NCBI RefSeq assembly: GCF_963921235.1
Contig: NC_086106.1
Location: 20,832,001 to 20,896,000, forward strand
DNA length: 64,000 nt
Direction: 5' to 3'
Source: Mobula hypostoma
Taxonomy: Eukaryota
Both the position numbers and the translations under genes were made by a program. Below, one piece after another: positions 49,275 to 62,149 of this stretch. The notes beneath the pieces are model-generated. The model was not told the DNA's origin, did no database searches, and saw only the letters and a program-made list of their open reading frames with translations. Each line of letters opens with the position of its first letter. Positions within the stretch are counted from its first letter, which is position 1.

Positions 49275-51910
49275 TTGACTGCATAAGTATTCACACCCTT
49301 CCGGTCACTGTATTGTAGATGCTACTTTGGCTGCAATTACAGCTTTGAGTCTGTGTTCATAGGATTCTATCAGCTTTGCAAAACTGGACACCGCAATTCT
49401 GCCCATTCTTCCTGACAAAACTGCGCAAGCTCTGTCAGATTAAATGGGGATATTGACTGCACAGCACGTTTCAAATTGAGTCACAAATTCTGAATAGGGC
49501 TGAGGTTTGGACTCTGACTTGGCCACTCCAATACATTAACATTGTTGATTTCTATGTGATTCCTTTGTACCTTTGGCTTTATTCTTAAGGTCATTGTCAT
49601 GCTTAAAACAAATCTCCCAAGTCGCATTGCTCTTGTGTAATAAATCAGGTAGTTCGTTCTATTTTACTCCACTAATTTTACGTGCAACCTAAACAAGCCA
49701 TGCAGGGCCTGCTGCAGTGAAGCATCCACACAACATGATGAGCCAGTCCCATGCTTCTGTCAAAATGAGGTGCTGGGAACGGACCCAAATGCAAGACACA
49801 GACACTGCAGTACAAGTCCAGGACTTGACTAGAGTAGGGACTTGACAGGATGCAGCCAAGGAGAAGGGACAAGAACGGAGACTAGGGCTTTGACCACAAG
49901 CCAGATACTGGACAAAGACCCAGGACCTGGGTCTTGCCTCGGGCTTGGCCTCCTGAGCCAAGCATGGACAAGACATGACTGCAGGACTGGAGGCTGGGGT
50001 CTTGAGGCTTGAGGCTTGAAGATAGGCTTGTGGTCTTGAGGCTTGAAGCTTGGAGGCAGGCTTGGGGTCTTGGTTTTAAGGTTTGAGCTTGGAGATAGGC
50101 TGGGGTATTGGTCTTGAGGCTTGAGCTTGGAGACTGGCTAGGGTCTTGGTGTTGAAGCTTAGCTTGGAGATAGGCTGGGGTCTTGGTCTTGAGGCTTGAG
50201 CTTGGAGACAGGCTGCGGTCTTGGTCTTGGGGCTTGAGCTTTGAGACAGGCTGCGGTCTTGGTCTTGAGGCTTGAGCTTGGAGACAGGCTGGGGTCTTGG
50301 TCTTGAGGCCTGCAGGCTGGGTTCTTGGTCATGAGTCCTGCAGGGTGGGGTCTTGGTCTTGAGGCTTGAGGTTAGGGTCTTGGTCTAGCGGCTTGAGGCT
50401 GGGGTCTTGGTCTTCTAGCTTGAGGATGGGGTCTTGGTCTTCAGGCTTGAGTTTGGAGACAGGTTGAGGGTCCTTGAGGCTTGGGTCTAGATTACTTCGA
50501 GACTTGCGTATGGACTCTGAGCCAGAGACTGGCCAAGGAACCAGAACCTGGGACTTGACTCGGGCTCGGACTCCAGAACTAAGAGAGGACAAGACGAGGC
50601 TACTGGACTGGACATGGCTTGGGTGTGGAACTCCTGGGTAGGGCGAGTCAAGAGGACTGGCAAAGGCACATGGACAGGACTCGGATAAGACTGGACTAGG
50701 CGCGGACTTGACGAGGGCCTTCAGGAGCACGAAGCCTTGGAATAGAAGAGACAGGAGCACGGAACACAGAGTCTGAACCCCTCCTTTGGAACAAGACGTA
50801 GGGCCGGGACTCATACACAGAACACTGAACATGAAAAGACGGATCCCAACCCCAAGGTGGAGGGAAAAGGCCGGACCCACCTAGCCAAGTCGTGGACACA
50901 GAGACAGATGCCAACACTAGATAGCGGCAAACGGCCGGACCTATCTAGCGAAGGCGTGGATACCGAGAGTCAATTCCACACAACGAAAGACAGTTCCTTA
51001 TCTTGACCTTACAAGGCTCCGGTCTTGATCCCGCGGTAAACCTCAGCGGTACAGGCGGGGTATCCAGGGTAGGTGAGCAAGCAGAGTGTCGGGTGAGGGG
51101 AGAAAAGACAGGGAGGGGAAAAGGAAAATCCAGCAGGGAATCCCTGTTTTGCAGAGGTATGGATGTCTCAGCCCCAGTAGGATAAAAATGTGCCCACAAC
51201 AGAAACTGGCGAAATCCAGAAACCCCGAAACAAGGATCCAACGACCGGACCGTGAAGCCCCAACACGGAATTCACGGACCGGACTATGACATCTTCATTG
51301 TAGTGCTGATGTGTTTTAAGTGATGTACGATATTTGGCTTACGATTAAGCATAGCGTTTCGAATGATGATCATAAAGCTCAATTATGGTTTCATCAGACC
51401 ATAGAGAACTCTTCCTGCTGCCTCCAGAGTATGCCTCATGCGTTCTGACAAATTCTAGTCAAGATTGCTTTCGATCGTTTGTTTATAACAGTGGCTTTCC
51501 CTTTGCCATTCACCCGTAAAGGTGAGACTGGTCAAGCATCCAAGCAACAGTTCTTGTTTGTGCAGTCTCCCCATCTCAGCTATTGAAGCTTGTCACTCCT
51601 CCAGATTTGCCATAGGTCTCTTGGTGGCAACACTCACTCGTTCTTCTTCGTACACGGTCTTTGCGGACGTACTGATCCAGACAGATTTACAACTTTGCAA
51701 TATTATTTCTATCTCTTGATAATTGACTTAATTCATGGACTTGGAAATTTTCTGGTATCTATCTGCTGAATTGTGGTTTTCAATAACCTTTTCGTGAAGT
51801 TACTTATAGTGGTCTTTTCTGCATGGTGTACTTTGTCCCAGGATACGAACTCACCAGAGTTGAACCTTCAAATACCGGTGCATAATGGCATGCAAATGTT
51901 TGGGCATCCC
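49275..51910 (-). mobile_element. Second Tc1-like transposon, split by an LTR insertion
   Basis: Minus strand reads HDND..VLEWPSQSPNLSPIQNL (49330-49620). The N-terminal half resumes at 51292. Confidence 0.75.
49758..51291 (-). mobile_element. Solo LTR of the CCAGCCTCAAG-minisatellite family
   Basis: TGTCA...TGACA termini; flanks GCTTC / TCTTC (5-bp TSD with one mismatch). Internal G-rich array at about 49985-50480. Confidence 0.78.
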
Positions 51911-54340
51911 TTGTCAAAACTTCTGTTATTGAGTTAAAAGATGACCTGATTTCCAAAAGGCATAACGTTCTTGAACAGTCCCCCATGCGGGACATTGTCA
52001 AATGCCTGACTAAAGTCCTTGTAGATAACATACTCCGCCTTGCCTTCATCTACTTACCTGGTAACATCTTCGAAAAGCTCCATAAGATTGGTTGGACATA
52101 ATCTACAACGCACACGATGAGCTGACTATTGTTGATCAATCGATGTCTATCAAATTATTTATTACTCTGATCCCTTGACATACCTTCCAGTACCTTTTCC
52201 ACAAATGATATCAGACTCACTGGGCTACAACTTCGGAAACTTCGGAAACGGCAGAACAATATTATGTACCCTCTAATCCTCTGGTACCCCCCCCCCCCCC
52301 CAGTCGCTAAAAATTATTATAATACCTCCAGAAGGGCCCCGGCAGTTTTTACGCTTGACATCCATAGGCTCCGAGGGAGCATCTTGCCAGGCCTTGGGGA
52401 TCTATGGACCCTAACATGCCTCAGGATTGCAATAACTTCCACCTCTGTAATCTACAAAGGTTCATGGCCTTTATGGGTTGAGCTAAGAAATCGCAGAAGT
52501 AAAAGTACCCTGATGGCAGTTATATACAGGACTCCAAACAGCTGCAGTGATGTGGACTACAAATTACAACAGAGAATAGAAAAGGCTTGTCAGAACTTCA
52601 GTATTATGATAATTTTGGGGGATTATAACATGCGAGTAGATTGGAAAAATCAGATCGGCACTGGATCTCAAGGGAGAATTTGTAGAATATCTGCAAGATG
52701 GCTTTTAAGAGCAGCTTGTTTTATAGCCCACTAGGGGATCGGCTATACTAGATTGGGTATTGTGTAATGAACCGGAGGTGATTAGGGAGACTGAGGTGAA
52801 GGAACCCTTAGGAGGCAGTGATCATAACATGATTGAGTTCACTGTGAAAGTCGGAAAAAAAAGGCCGAAATCCGATGTGTCGGCATTTCAGTGGAGTAAA
52901 GGAAATTATAGTGGCATGAGAGAGGAACTGGCCAAGATGACTGGAAAGAGACACTGGCGGGAAGGACAGCAGAGCAGCAGTGGCTGGAGTTTATGCGAGA
53001 AGTGTGGAAGGTGCAAGACAGATATATTCCAAAAAAGACGAAATTTTCGAACAGAAAAAGGATGCAACAGTGGCAGACAAGAGAAATGAAAGCCAGAGTT
53101 AAAGCAAAGTACAGGGCATACAAGGAAACAAAAATTACTGGGAAGACAGAAGATTGGGACGTTTCTAAAAGCTTACAAAAGGAAACTAAGAAGGTCATTA
53201 AGAGGGAAAAGATGAAGTATGAAAGTAAGATCAGAGCACATGGAATTACGGGGAAGTTGCATAGGTGGATAGGATGTTGGCTAATTGGCAGGAACAGAGA
53301 GTGGGAATAAAGGGATCCTATTCTGGTTGGCTGCTGGTTACCAGGGGTGTTCCACAGGTGTCTGTGTTGGGGCCTCTTCTTTTTACTTTGTACATCAACA
53401 ATTTGGATTATAAAATAGATTGCTTGCTGATGATACAAAGATAGGAGGAGGGGCCGGTAGTGCTGAGGAAACAGAGAGTCTGCAGAGAGACTTGGATAGA
53501 TTGGAAGAATGGGCAAATAAGTGGCAAATGAAATGCAATGTTGGAAAGTGTATGGTTATGCACTTTGGCAGAAGAAATAAAACGGCAGAATATTATTTAA
53601 GTGGGGAGATAATTGAAAGTTCTGAGATGCAACGGGACCTGCGGGACGTCGTACAGTCTACCTTTAAGGTGAACCTCCAGGTTGAGTCATTTCTAATGTT
53701 GGCATTCATTTCTAGGGGAATACAGTATAGAAACAGGGATGTGATGTTGAGGCTCTTTAAGGAGCAGTTGAAACCTCACTTGGAGTATTGTGGGCAGCTT
53801 TCGTCTCCTTATTTAAGAAAGGATGTGCTGACGTTGGAGAGGGTACAGAGAAGATTCACAAGAATGATTCCAGGAATGAGAGAGATAACATACGAGGAAT
53901 GTTTGTCCGGTCTTGGACTGTATTCCTTGGAGTTTAGAAGAATGAAGGGGGACTTCATAGAAACAATTCGAATGTAAAGAGGCATGGACAGAGAGGATGT
54001 GGCAAAGCTGTTTCCCATGATTGGGGAGGCTAGTACGAGAGGGATGACTTAAGCATTGAAGGGCGCCCATTCCGGAACAGAGTGCAAAGACGATTTATTT
54101 TAGCCAGAGGGTGGTGAATCTATGGAAATTGTTGCCACGGGTGGCAGGGGAGGCAAATTCATTGGGCGCATTTAAGGCAGAGATTGATAGGTATCTGAGG
54201 AGCCAAGTTATGGTGAGAAGGTGGTGGAATGGGACTAAATGGGAGAATGGATCAACTCATGATAAAATGGTGGAGCAGACTCTATGGGACAAATGGCCGA
54301 CTTCTACTCCAGGGTCTTATGGTCTCATGGTCTTATGAAT
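51900..54340. mobile_element. CR1-clade LINE fragments (minus 51900-52450, plus 52450-54340 with internal deletion)
   Basis: ORFs 52264..52734, 52760..53089 (GGSDHNMIEF) and 53420..53977 (LADDTKIGG..LGLYSLEFRR). Confidence 0.8.
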
Positions 54341-56759
54341 TTGATGCCTCAGTGCTTCACTTCTACTGACCCTGACCTGTCTCCTGGGTAAATCCACACG
54401 CGAAGCATTCATTTAAGCACTATGCTATATGGTTTGACTCCACACAAGTGAATTATCCTTCTGGTGTTAAAGGAAGACTGATTTTGCTCTTCACATATAT
54501 GTAGACTCCCCTATGATTTTCCTTCACTCAGTTTTCCAGAGCTCTTTCGCGCCTTCTTTCCGACTTCTGATTTATTTTTAAATTGTTCCCTTGTATTTCA
54601 TATACTCTATAAACACCCCATTTGATCCTACTAGCCTATAACTGTTGTGCATTTCCTTTTCTCTCTTAACTAGTTCCTCATTAACTCCTTAGCACCAAAG
54701 TTCCCTGCACTTGTAATCTTTACCTTTTATTCTCACAGGGAGACACAAACTTAGCACTCTCAAAATTTCGTTTCTCAAGCCCTCCCACTGATTAATTACA
54801 CCTTTACATGAAAAAAAAATGCCTGTCCCAACCTCTCATTTCTCAGACCATTTCTGGTATCCGCAGAACTGAATTTGTCCAATTCTCAACCGGAGGACCA
54901 GACCTATCTATTTTCATTTTTAGTTAGAAACGAATGGTATTGTGGTCAGTGGATACAAACTGTTACCCACACTAATTCTGTCACGTACCGAATCTACTTA
55001 CTGATGAAGGGAAGTTTCCTGAACAAATTTGGAAGACATCAGCACATCTAATCGTTTTATAGAATGAGATTCCCAAACAATATCTGGAAAGTTAAAAACC
55101 ACTTACTATAAAAACGGAAATTTCTTGCACGTCTGCGACCTATCGCGACGATATTATGTCCACCTTCAGTTCAGGTGCAAAAAGTCCCTTCTGTGCATGT
55201 CCTCCATTCACAGGAAACGAGCTAAGAAACCGAAAATTCTTATGACCACCCTCCTATACCAACCCCTTAATGACATTGAAAATGTATAATCTTCCTATAT
55301 TTGACTTAGCTGCGTGTGGCATGGGTAGAAATCCTCAGATCACAAACATGAATACCTTGCACTTTATCGTAGCACCCGTCTCTTTTAAATCCCTGTGCAG
55401 AACCTCGTCACTCGTTCTACACATGTCATTTGTAACTAAGTGGACCATGAACCCTGGCTGTTCACGCCTCGACTGAAGAACACTCAGGGCTTGATCGCAG
55501 ATATCCCGGCCCTGCTACCAGGGAGGCAACATACCATCCGGGAATTTCGTTATCGCCAACAGAACCGCATTTCCGTTACCCTAACTAACGAATCCCCTAT
55601 TATCACAGCACGCCTCTTCTCTCCCCTTCGCTCCCGTGGCACAGAGCCAGAAGCACTCCTGGAGAACCACCAACTCTCAGTATAGCCTCAATCATTTGAC
55701 CTGTTTGGGAAGGGTGACACAACTAAGAGCCAAACCACAATGTCGTTACTTCAGCAAATGTAGATCTCCGGATCATTGACGGAGGCAACCCCCCAAACCC
55801 TACCGCAAGTTTGTCTTCCTTTTGGACGAAGAATAATGTTGAACATTTGATTCATGAAATGTTGCGGTTGATGCTTCAGCTGGACATAAAAAGTTTGAAA
55901 AGCAGTTTCCAGGTCAAGAAAGCATTGCGTGTGCTTTACAACGAACCGAGTACTTACGATCGCAGTATATATAATTTGTCCCAATGACCCGCAAATTAAT
56001 TCCTATTTTTATTGGGGGTGGGTTACTCATGATGACTATTGCTGACCACTTGCCACCATTATTACCACAATAAACGTACAATGGAGAGTTGGGGGGCGGG
56101 GGGGGGGGAGTATGATCACTGATTTGACACGTTAGGTTGAAATCTTTCAGTGCGCAGAGGATACCTTGCAAGAGAATCGGAGAATTGTGCAGCACAGAAA
56201 CCGAATTTTTCGGCAGCGAACGATGGCCGTACACATTATGACATTTCTCTCTATTTGACACTATCACTCTCTGCCTTTCCTCTTCTAACACCTACACGAA
56301 TGTTAATTGAACATCATATTGTACCAGCTGCACCGCCTTGTCCGGAAACCATGTGCAGAAAACCGCAGCCCATTGTGGGGGATAATATAACTTAAATTTT
56401 GTTTATTCACTCCCTAAGAACCATGCATTCTTGCCACTGGTTCTTACGTTCCAAGCCAAGGAAAAAAAGGCTGCAGCTCTAACTACTCAGCTCAAAAATG
56501 TGCGAACTTTTCCAACGTTAGAGTTTGCCTTCATTGTTAGAGTGAAAATAAATACAGTATATTTAACAACTCAATGTAACTAAAGCCTCCCACTTTAGGA
56601 AGCAGGTGAAACCTGTTCTCCATTCCATGCAACGCCAGAATCATTCAAGATCCATTTCATATCTCTGGATCCATGATAACTGTACACTCATAGTTGATCG
56701 CCGTAACTCGAACTTTTGAATAACCCCCTGCAAGTACAAACACATCCAAATATCAGCTG

Positions 56760-56899
56760 CAATCAACAGGAATTCTGCAGATGCTGGAAATCAAGCTACA
56801 CACATCAAAGTTGCTGGTGAACGCAGCAGGCCAAGCAGCATCTGTAGGAAGAGGTGCAGTCGACGTTTCAGGCCGAGACCCCTCGTAGGAACGGCAGAT
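56760..56899 (-). mobile_element. Short Penelope-pLTR-derived insertion with damaged hammerhead core
   Basis: Near-identical to 16326-16420, with core CT-ACGA instead of CTGACGA. Flanked by AAATATCA(G/C)CTG at 56748-56759 and 56900-56911. Confidence 0.7.
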
Positions 56900-57719
56900 A
56901 AATATCACCTGTATGTGTCATGCTTTCGTGATACAACATGTAATTCTCAACATTGGTACCAATAAAGCGACAACGAAGTGGTATTACTAGCATCATGCTA
57001 TCTGCACACTCTTGTGATTTTCAAAACTTACACCATTTGACCACCAAAGCATGACCATTGATTCCACCCATTCTGACCTGCGGTGCCCCCCCCTTGAATT
57101 GGCTGCGCTATTGAACATATTGATTTCGGCCCGGAAGGATATAAAAATGGAATAATAGCTCTTGAACATGCCCGCTTCCTCGGGGACAATCGTTTTATTC
57201 CGCGTATAGGTTGACATTCGGTCGTATGTTAGGAAATGTACCATTTCCCCAAGTACAAAATGAGAGGACGTTGAATCCGTGAATTCTTGCGAGCCATCAG
57301 CTCCTCTCTTCTGTGATCTTATTATATCTTCCACACAATCACCCGCCGGTACCCCAGGAGGTTTCCAACAGAACTGGGAAAACTGTAAACAGGAACAACA
57401 CTCGAGGTCATGAACGAAAGCTGCTTGTTAGAGCTCTGGGATAACCATGTTACAAGCTGCACTATTCGGCGGTCTAATTAATTTTATCCTCGAGATAAGT
57501 ACTCACAGGATCAGTGAAAGTTTTTAGCACTGATCGAATCCAATTGCCTGAACCGGTACCGATATAAGAAAGATGTATCTTTCCCCACTGATGGATATAG
57601 TCCTTATGGAGTGTGCCCCATTAGGGTTGATCAGTTAGGATTTATGCAGTGGAGGACGTGCCTTTTAAAAGAAAATACGATTTAGAATTATGACAGAGAT
57701 CTGTGGTGTGAGTGTACTA

Positions 57720-58980
57720 TAATTGATTATGGGTGAATTGATTATGGGGAGCAAGCACATGGCAGATAAATTGAATAATTACTTTGGTTCTGTCTTCGCT
57801 AAGGAGGACATAAATAATCTTCCAGAAATAGTAGGGGACAGAGGGTTCAGTGAGATGGAGGAACTGAGCGAAATACATGTTAGTAGGGACGTGGGGTTAG
57901 GTAAATTGAAGGGATTAAATGCAGATAAATCCCCAGGGCCAGATGGTCTGCATCCCAGGGTGCTTAAGGAAGTAACCCAAGCAATAGTGGATGCAGTAGT
58001 GATCAATTTTCAAAACTCGTTAGATTCTGGACTAGTTCCTGAGGATTGGAGGGTGGCTAATGTAACTCCACTTTTTAAAAAAGGAGGGAGAGAGAAACCG
58101 GGGAATTATAGACCGGTTAGCCTAACGTCGGTGGTGGGGAAACTGCTGGAGTCAGTTATCAAAGATGTGATAAAGCACATTTGGAATAGCGGTGATATCA
58201 TCGGACAAACTCAGTATGGATTTGTGAAAGGAAAATCATGTCTGACTAATCTGATAGAATTTTTTTGAGGATGTAGCTGGTAGAGTGGATAGGGGAGAAC
58301 CAGGGGATGTGGTATATTTGGATTTTCAAAAGGCTTTTGACAAGGTCCCACACAGCAGATTAGTGTGCAAACTTAAAGCACACGGTATTGGGGGTAAGGT
58401 ATTGATGTGGATAGAGAATTGGTTAGCAGACAGGAAGCAAAGAGTGGGAATAAACGGGACCTTTTCAGAATGGCAGACAGTGACTAGTGGAGTACCGCAA
58501 GGCTCAGTGCTGGGACCCCAGTTGTTTACCAATATATATTAATGACTTGGATGAGGGAATTAAATGCAGCATCTCCATGTTTGCGGATGACACGAAGCTG
58601 GGCGGCAGTGTTAGCTGTGAGGAGGATGCTAAGAGGATGCAGGGTGACTTGGATATGTTGGGTGAGTGGGCAAATTCATGGCAGATGCAATTTAATGTGG
58701 ATAAATGTGAAGTTATCCAATTTGGTGGCAAAAATAAGAAAACAGATTATTATCTGAATCGTGGCCGATTAGGAAAAGGGGAGGTGCAACGCGACCTGGA
58801 TGTCATTATACACCAGTCATTGAAAGTGGGCATGCAGGTACAGCAGGCGGTGAAAAAGGCGAATGGTATGCTGGCATTAATAGCAAGAGGATTCAAGTGC
58901 GGGAGCAGGGAGGTGCAGGCTCGAAGGGCCGAATGGCCTACTCCTGCACCTTTTTTCTATGTTTTCTATGTTTTCTATAA
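57720..58980 (+). mobile_element. Young CR1-clade LINE copy with frameshifts and a 3' internal deletion
   Basis: ORFs 57723..58268, 58285..58542 and 58487..59029 are highly similar to the 557-aa ORF. Ends in a (TTTTCTATG)n tail. Confidence 0.9.
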
Positions 58981-59889
58981 TAAATCCGACACGATCATTG
59001 TTGGTAGACTGACCCGTAAGATCCACTGAAACTTGATAGATTGGATGTAAAGATGGTTTGAGTATGGAAGGAGGAGTGTAGTGATTAGGTTTGCAAACAA
59101 CACAAGTATTGCGTAGTTTTGAGTAATGAAGGCGGTGTCAAATGGACTCAATTGGACGTAGACCACTTGGGCCGAGAACTTAGAGACGATATTTTAATAT
59201 GGACAAGCGAGGGGCTTTGCGCTTGTGACGGCAACTGCAAGACTGAAGTCTATCATGAGGGTCAGCCACATTGGCACCGTTGAGGTGCTGAGTGTCTGTC
59301 CCTGACCATCTTCATTATTGCATCCCATGTGTGGTCCGGGCCCTGATTTCTGCCTCATATTTGAGGACAGCTACACCAGACATGTTCCCATCTTAGTCTT
59401 GATCATGGCGCGGTTCATGGCTTACTTCAAGGTGCCCGCAGCTTTCTTTCGAATCTCAATATTGTCAGACATTCAAATCCTAGGTGGAGGCTCCGAAATC
59501 CCATCGTAGACAGATATACAGTTCAATGACTCCTCATTGCTGTTTCTTTTTTTTTTTTGATCAGACAGGGATCTTAGCCCTACGCAGAACCCCCGAGGCT
59601 ATAGGACTATTCTTAATCTGGCCTCTTTCGTTTGAACTCTCTGGAATGCTTGACCCTACTAAGAATTAGAACACAATGTCCTGACTCTACCCTTCATCGA
59701 TCTCCGAGACATGAGAGAACGGAAGCCTCCAAACCGTACGACGATATTGTTGTCCTTTTGGAGGAAAAAAAATCATGCTTTCCATTTGCTTCCGACATGG
59801 TGGTGTTGATGTTCCAGGTCGGTATAAACGGTTTGGAACATTCTCCAGTATCTATCCAATTATTGATCCCTCAACCAGTACCACAGGAT

Positions 59890-61887
59890 ACATAGAAACA
59901 TAGAAACATAGAAAATAGGTGCAGGAGTAGGCCATTCGGCCCTTCGAGCCTGCACCGCCATTTATTATGATCATGGCTGATCATCCAACTCAGAACCCAG
60001 CCTTCCCTCCATACCCCCTGACCCCTGTAGCCACAAGGGCCATATCTAACTTCCTTTTAAACATAGCTAATGAACTGGCCTCAACAGTTTGCTGTGGCAG
60101 AGAATTCCACAGATTCACCACTCTCTGTGTGAAGAAGTTTTTCCTAACCTCGGTCCTAAAAGGCTTCCCCTCTATCCTCAAACTGTGACCCCTCGTTCTA
60201 GACCTCCCCAACATCGGGAACAATCTTCCTGCATCTAGCCTGTCCAATCCCTTTAGGATCTTATACGTTTCAATCAGATCCCCCCTCAATCTTCTAAATT
60301 CCAACGAGTACAAGCCCAGTTCATCCAGTCTTTCTTCATATGAAAGACCTGCCATCCCAGGAATCAATCTGGTGAACCTTCTTTGTACTCCCTCTATGGC
60401 AAAGATGTCTTTCCTCAGATTAGGGGACCAAAACTGCACACAATACTCCAGGTGTGGTCTCACCAAGGCCTTGTACAACTGCAGTAGTACCTCCCTGCTC
60501 CTGTACTCGAATCCTCTCGCTATAAATGCCAGCATACCGTTCGCCTTTTTCACCGCCTGCTGTACCTGCATGCCCACTTTCAATGACTGGTGTATAATGA
60601 CACCCAGGTCTCGTTGCACCTCCCCTTTTCCTAATCGGCCACCATTCAGATAATAATCTGTTTTCCTATTTTTGCCACCAAAGTGGATAACTTCACATTT
60701 ATCCACATTAAATTGCATCTGCCATGAGTTTGCCCACTCACCCAACCTATCCAAGTCACCCTGCATCCTCTTAGCATCCTCCTCACTGCTAACACTGCCA
60801 CCCAGCTTCGTGTCATCCGCAAACTTGGAGATGCTGCATTTAATTCCCTCATCCAAGTCATTAATATATATTGTAAACAACTGGGGTCCCAGCACTGAGC
60901 CTTGCGGTACACCACTAGTCACCGCCTGCCATTCTGAAAAGGTCCCGTTTATTCCCACTCTTTGCTTCCTGTCTGCTAACCAATTCTCCACCCACACCAA
61001 TACCTTACCCCCAATACCGTGTGCTTTAAGTTTGCACACTAATCTCCTATGTGGGACCTTGTCAAAAGCCTTTTGAAAATCCAAATATACCACATCCACT
61101 GGTTCTCCCCTATCCACTCTACTAGTTACATCCTCAAAAAATTCTATGAGATTCGTCAGACATGATTTTCCTTTCACAAATCCATGCTGACTTTGTCCGA
61201 TCATTTCACCGCTTTCCAAATGTGCTGTTATCACATCCTTGATAACTGACTCCAGCAGTTTCCCCACCACCGACGTTAGGCTAACCGGCCTATAATTCCC
61301 CGGTTTCTCTCTCCCTCCTTTTTTAAAAAGTGGGGTTACATTAGCCACCCTCCAATCCTCAGGAACTAGTCCAGAATCTAACGAGTTTTGAAAAATTATC
61401 ACTAATGCATCCACTATTTCTTGGGCCACTTCCTTAAGCACTCTGGGATGCAGACCATCTGGCCCTGGGGATTTATCTGCCTTCAATCCCTTCAATTTAC
61501 CTAACACCACTTCCCTACTAACATGTATTTCGCTCAGTTCCTCCATCTCACTGGACCCTCTGTCCCTTACTATTTCTGGAAGATTATTTATGTCCTCCTT
61601 AGTGAAGACAGAACCAAAGTAATTATTCAATTGGTCTGCCATGTCCTTGCTCCCCATAATCAATTCACCTGTTTCTGTTTGCAGGGGACCTACATTTGTC
61701 TTTATCAGTCTTTTCCTTTTTACATATCTATAAAAGCTTTTACAGTCCGTTTTTATGTTCTCTGCCAGTTTTGTCTCATAATCTTTTTTCCCCTTCCTAA
61801 TTAAGCCCTTTGTCCTCCTCTGCTGAACTCTGAATTTCTCCCAGTCCTCAGGTGAGCCACTTTCTCTGGCTAATTTGTATGCTACCT
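59890..61887 (-). mobile_element. Young 5'-truncated CR1-clade LINE
   Basis: Contains an uninterrupted RT ORF. (TAGAAACA)n tail at about 59890-59915 on +. Confidence 0.92.
59990..61663 (-). CDS. LINE ORF2 reverse-transcriptase portion (557 aa, lacks endonuclease)
   Basis: KSPGPDG, NYRPVSLTS, QHGFVKGKSCLTNL, YLDFQKAFDKVPH, GVPQGSVLGP and FADDTKL motifs. Confidence 0.9.
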   Translation of the reverse strand: MIMGSKDMADQLNNYFGSVFTKEDINNLPEIVRDRGSSEMEELSEIHVSREVVLGKLKGLKADKSPGPDGLHPRVLKEVAQEIVDALVIIFQNSLDSGLVPEDWRVANVTPLFKKGGREKPGNYRPVSLTSVVGKLLESVIKDVITAHLESGEMIGQSQHGFVKGKSCLTNLIEFFEDVTSRVDRGEPVDVVYLDFQKAFDKVPHRRLVCKLKAHGIGGKVLVWVENWLADRKQRVGINGTFSEWQAVTSGVPQGSVLGPQLFTIYINDLDEGIKCSISKFADDTKLGGSVSSEEDAKRMQGDLDRLGEWANSWQMQFNVDKCEVIHFGGKNRKTDYYLNGGRLGKGEVQRDLGVIIHQSLKVGMQVQQAVKKANGMLAFIARGFEYRSREVLLQLYKALVRPHLEYCVQFWSPNLRKDIFAIEGVQRRFTRLIPGMAGLSYEERLDELGLYSLEFRRLRGDLIETYKILKGLDRLDAGRLFPMLGRSRTRGHSLRIEGKPFRTEVRKNFFTQRVVNLWNSLPQQTVEASSLAMFKRKLDMALVATGVRGYGGKAGF

Positions 61888-62149
61888 AATGTATTTATGC
61901 GCCATTTCTGTATAAGAAAGGTTTCTTTTTGCAATTTCGGCCCATTTTACCTGCATGAAAACAGTGAGTAAACTTCAGAAAGTTCTACATTTTTTGCAGA
62001 AACCGTTCTGCTTTGACCTAAAGGCATAAACCTGCTGGCTGACTGACGTAAATCACTTTCTGAGAGGAGAGATTTGGTTTGATTAGTAATTCTGTCAAAG
62101 CAGTTATTATTTGCGTGAGGATACAATATTTAGTGCACTCAGTACTGCC

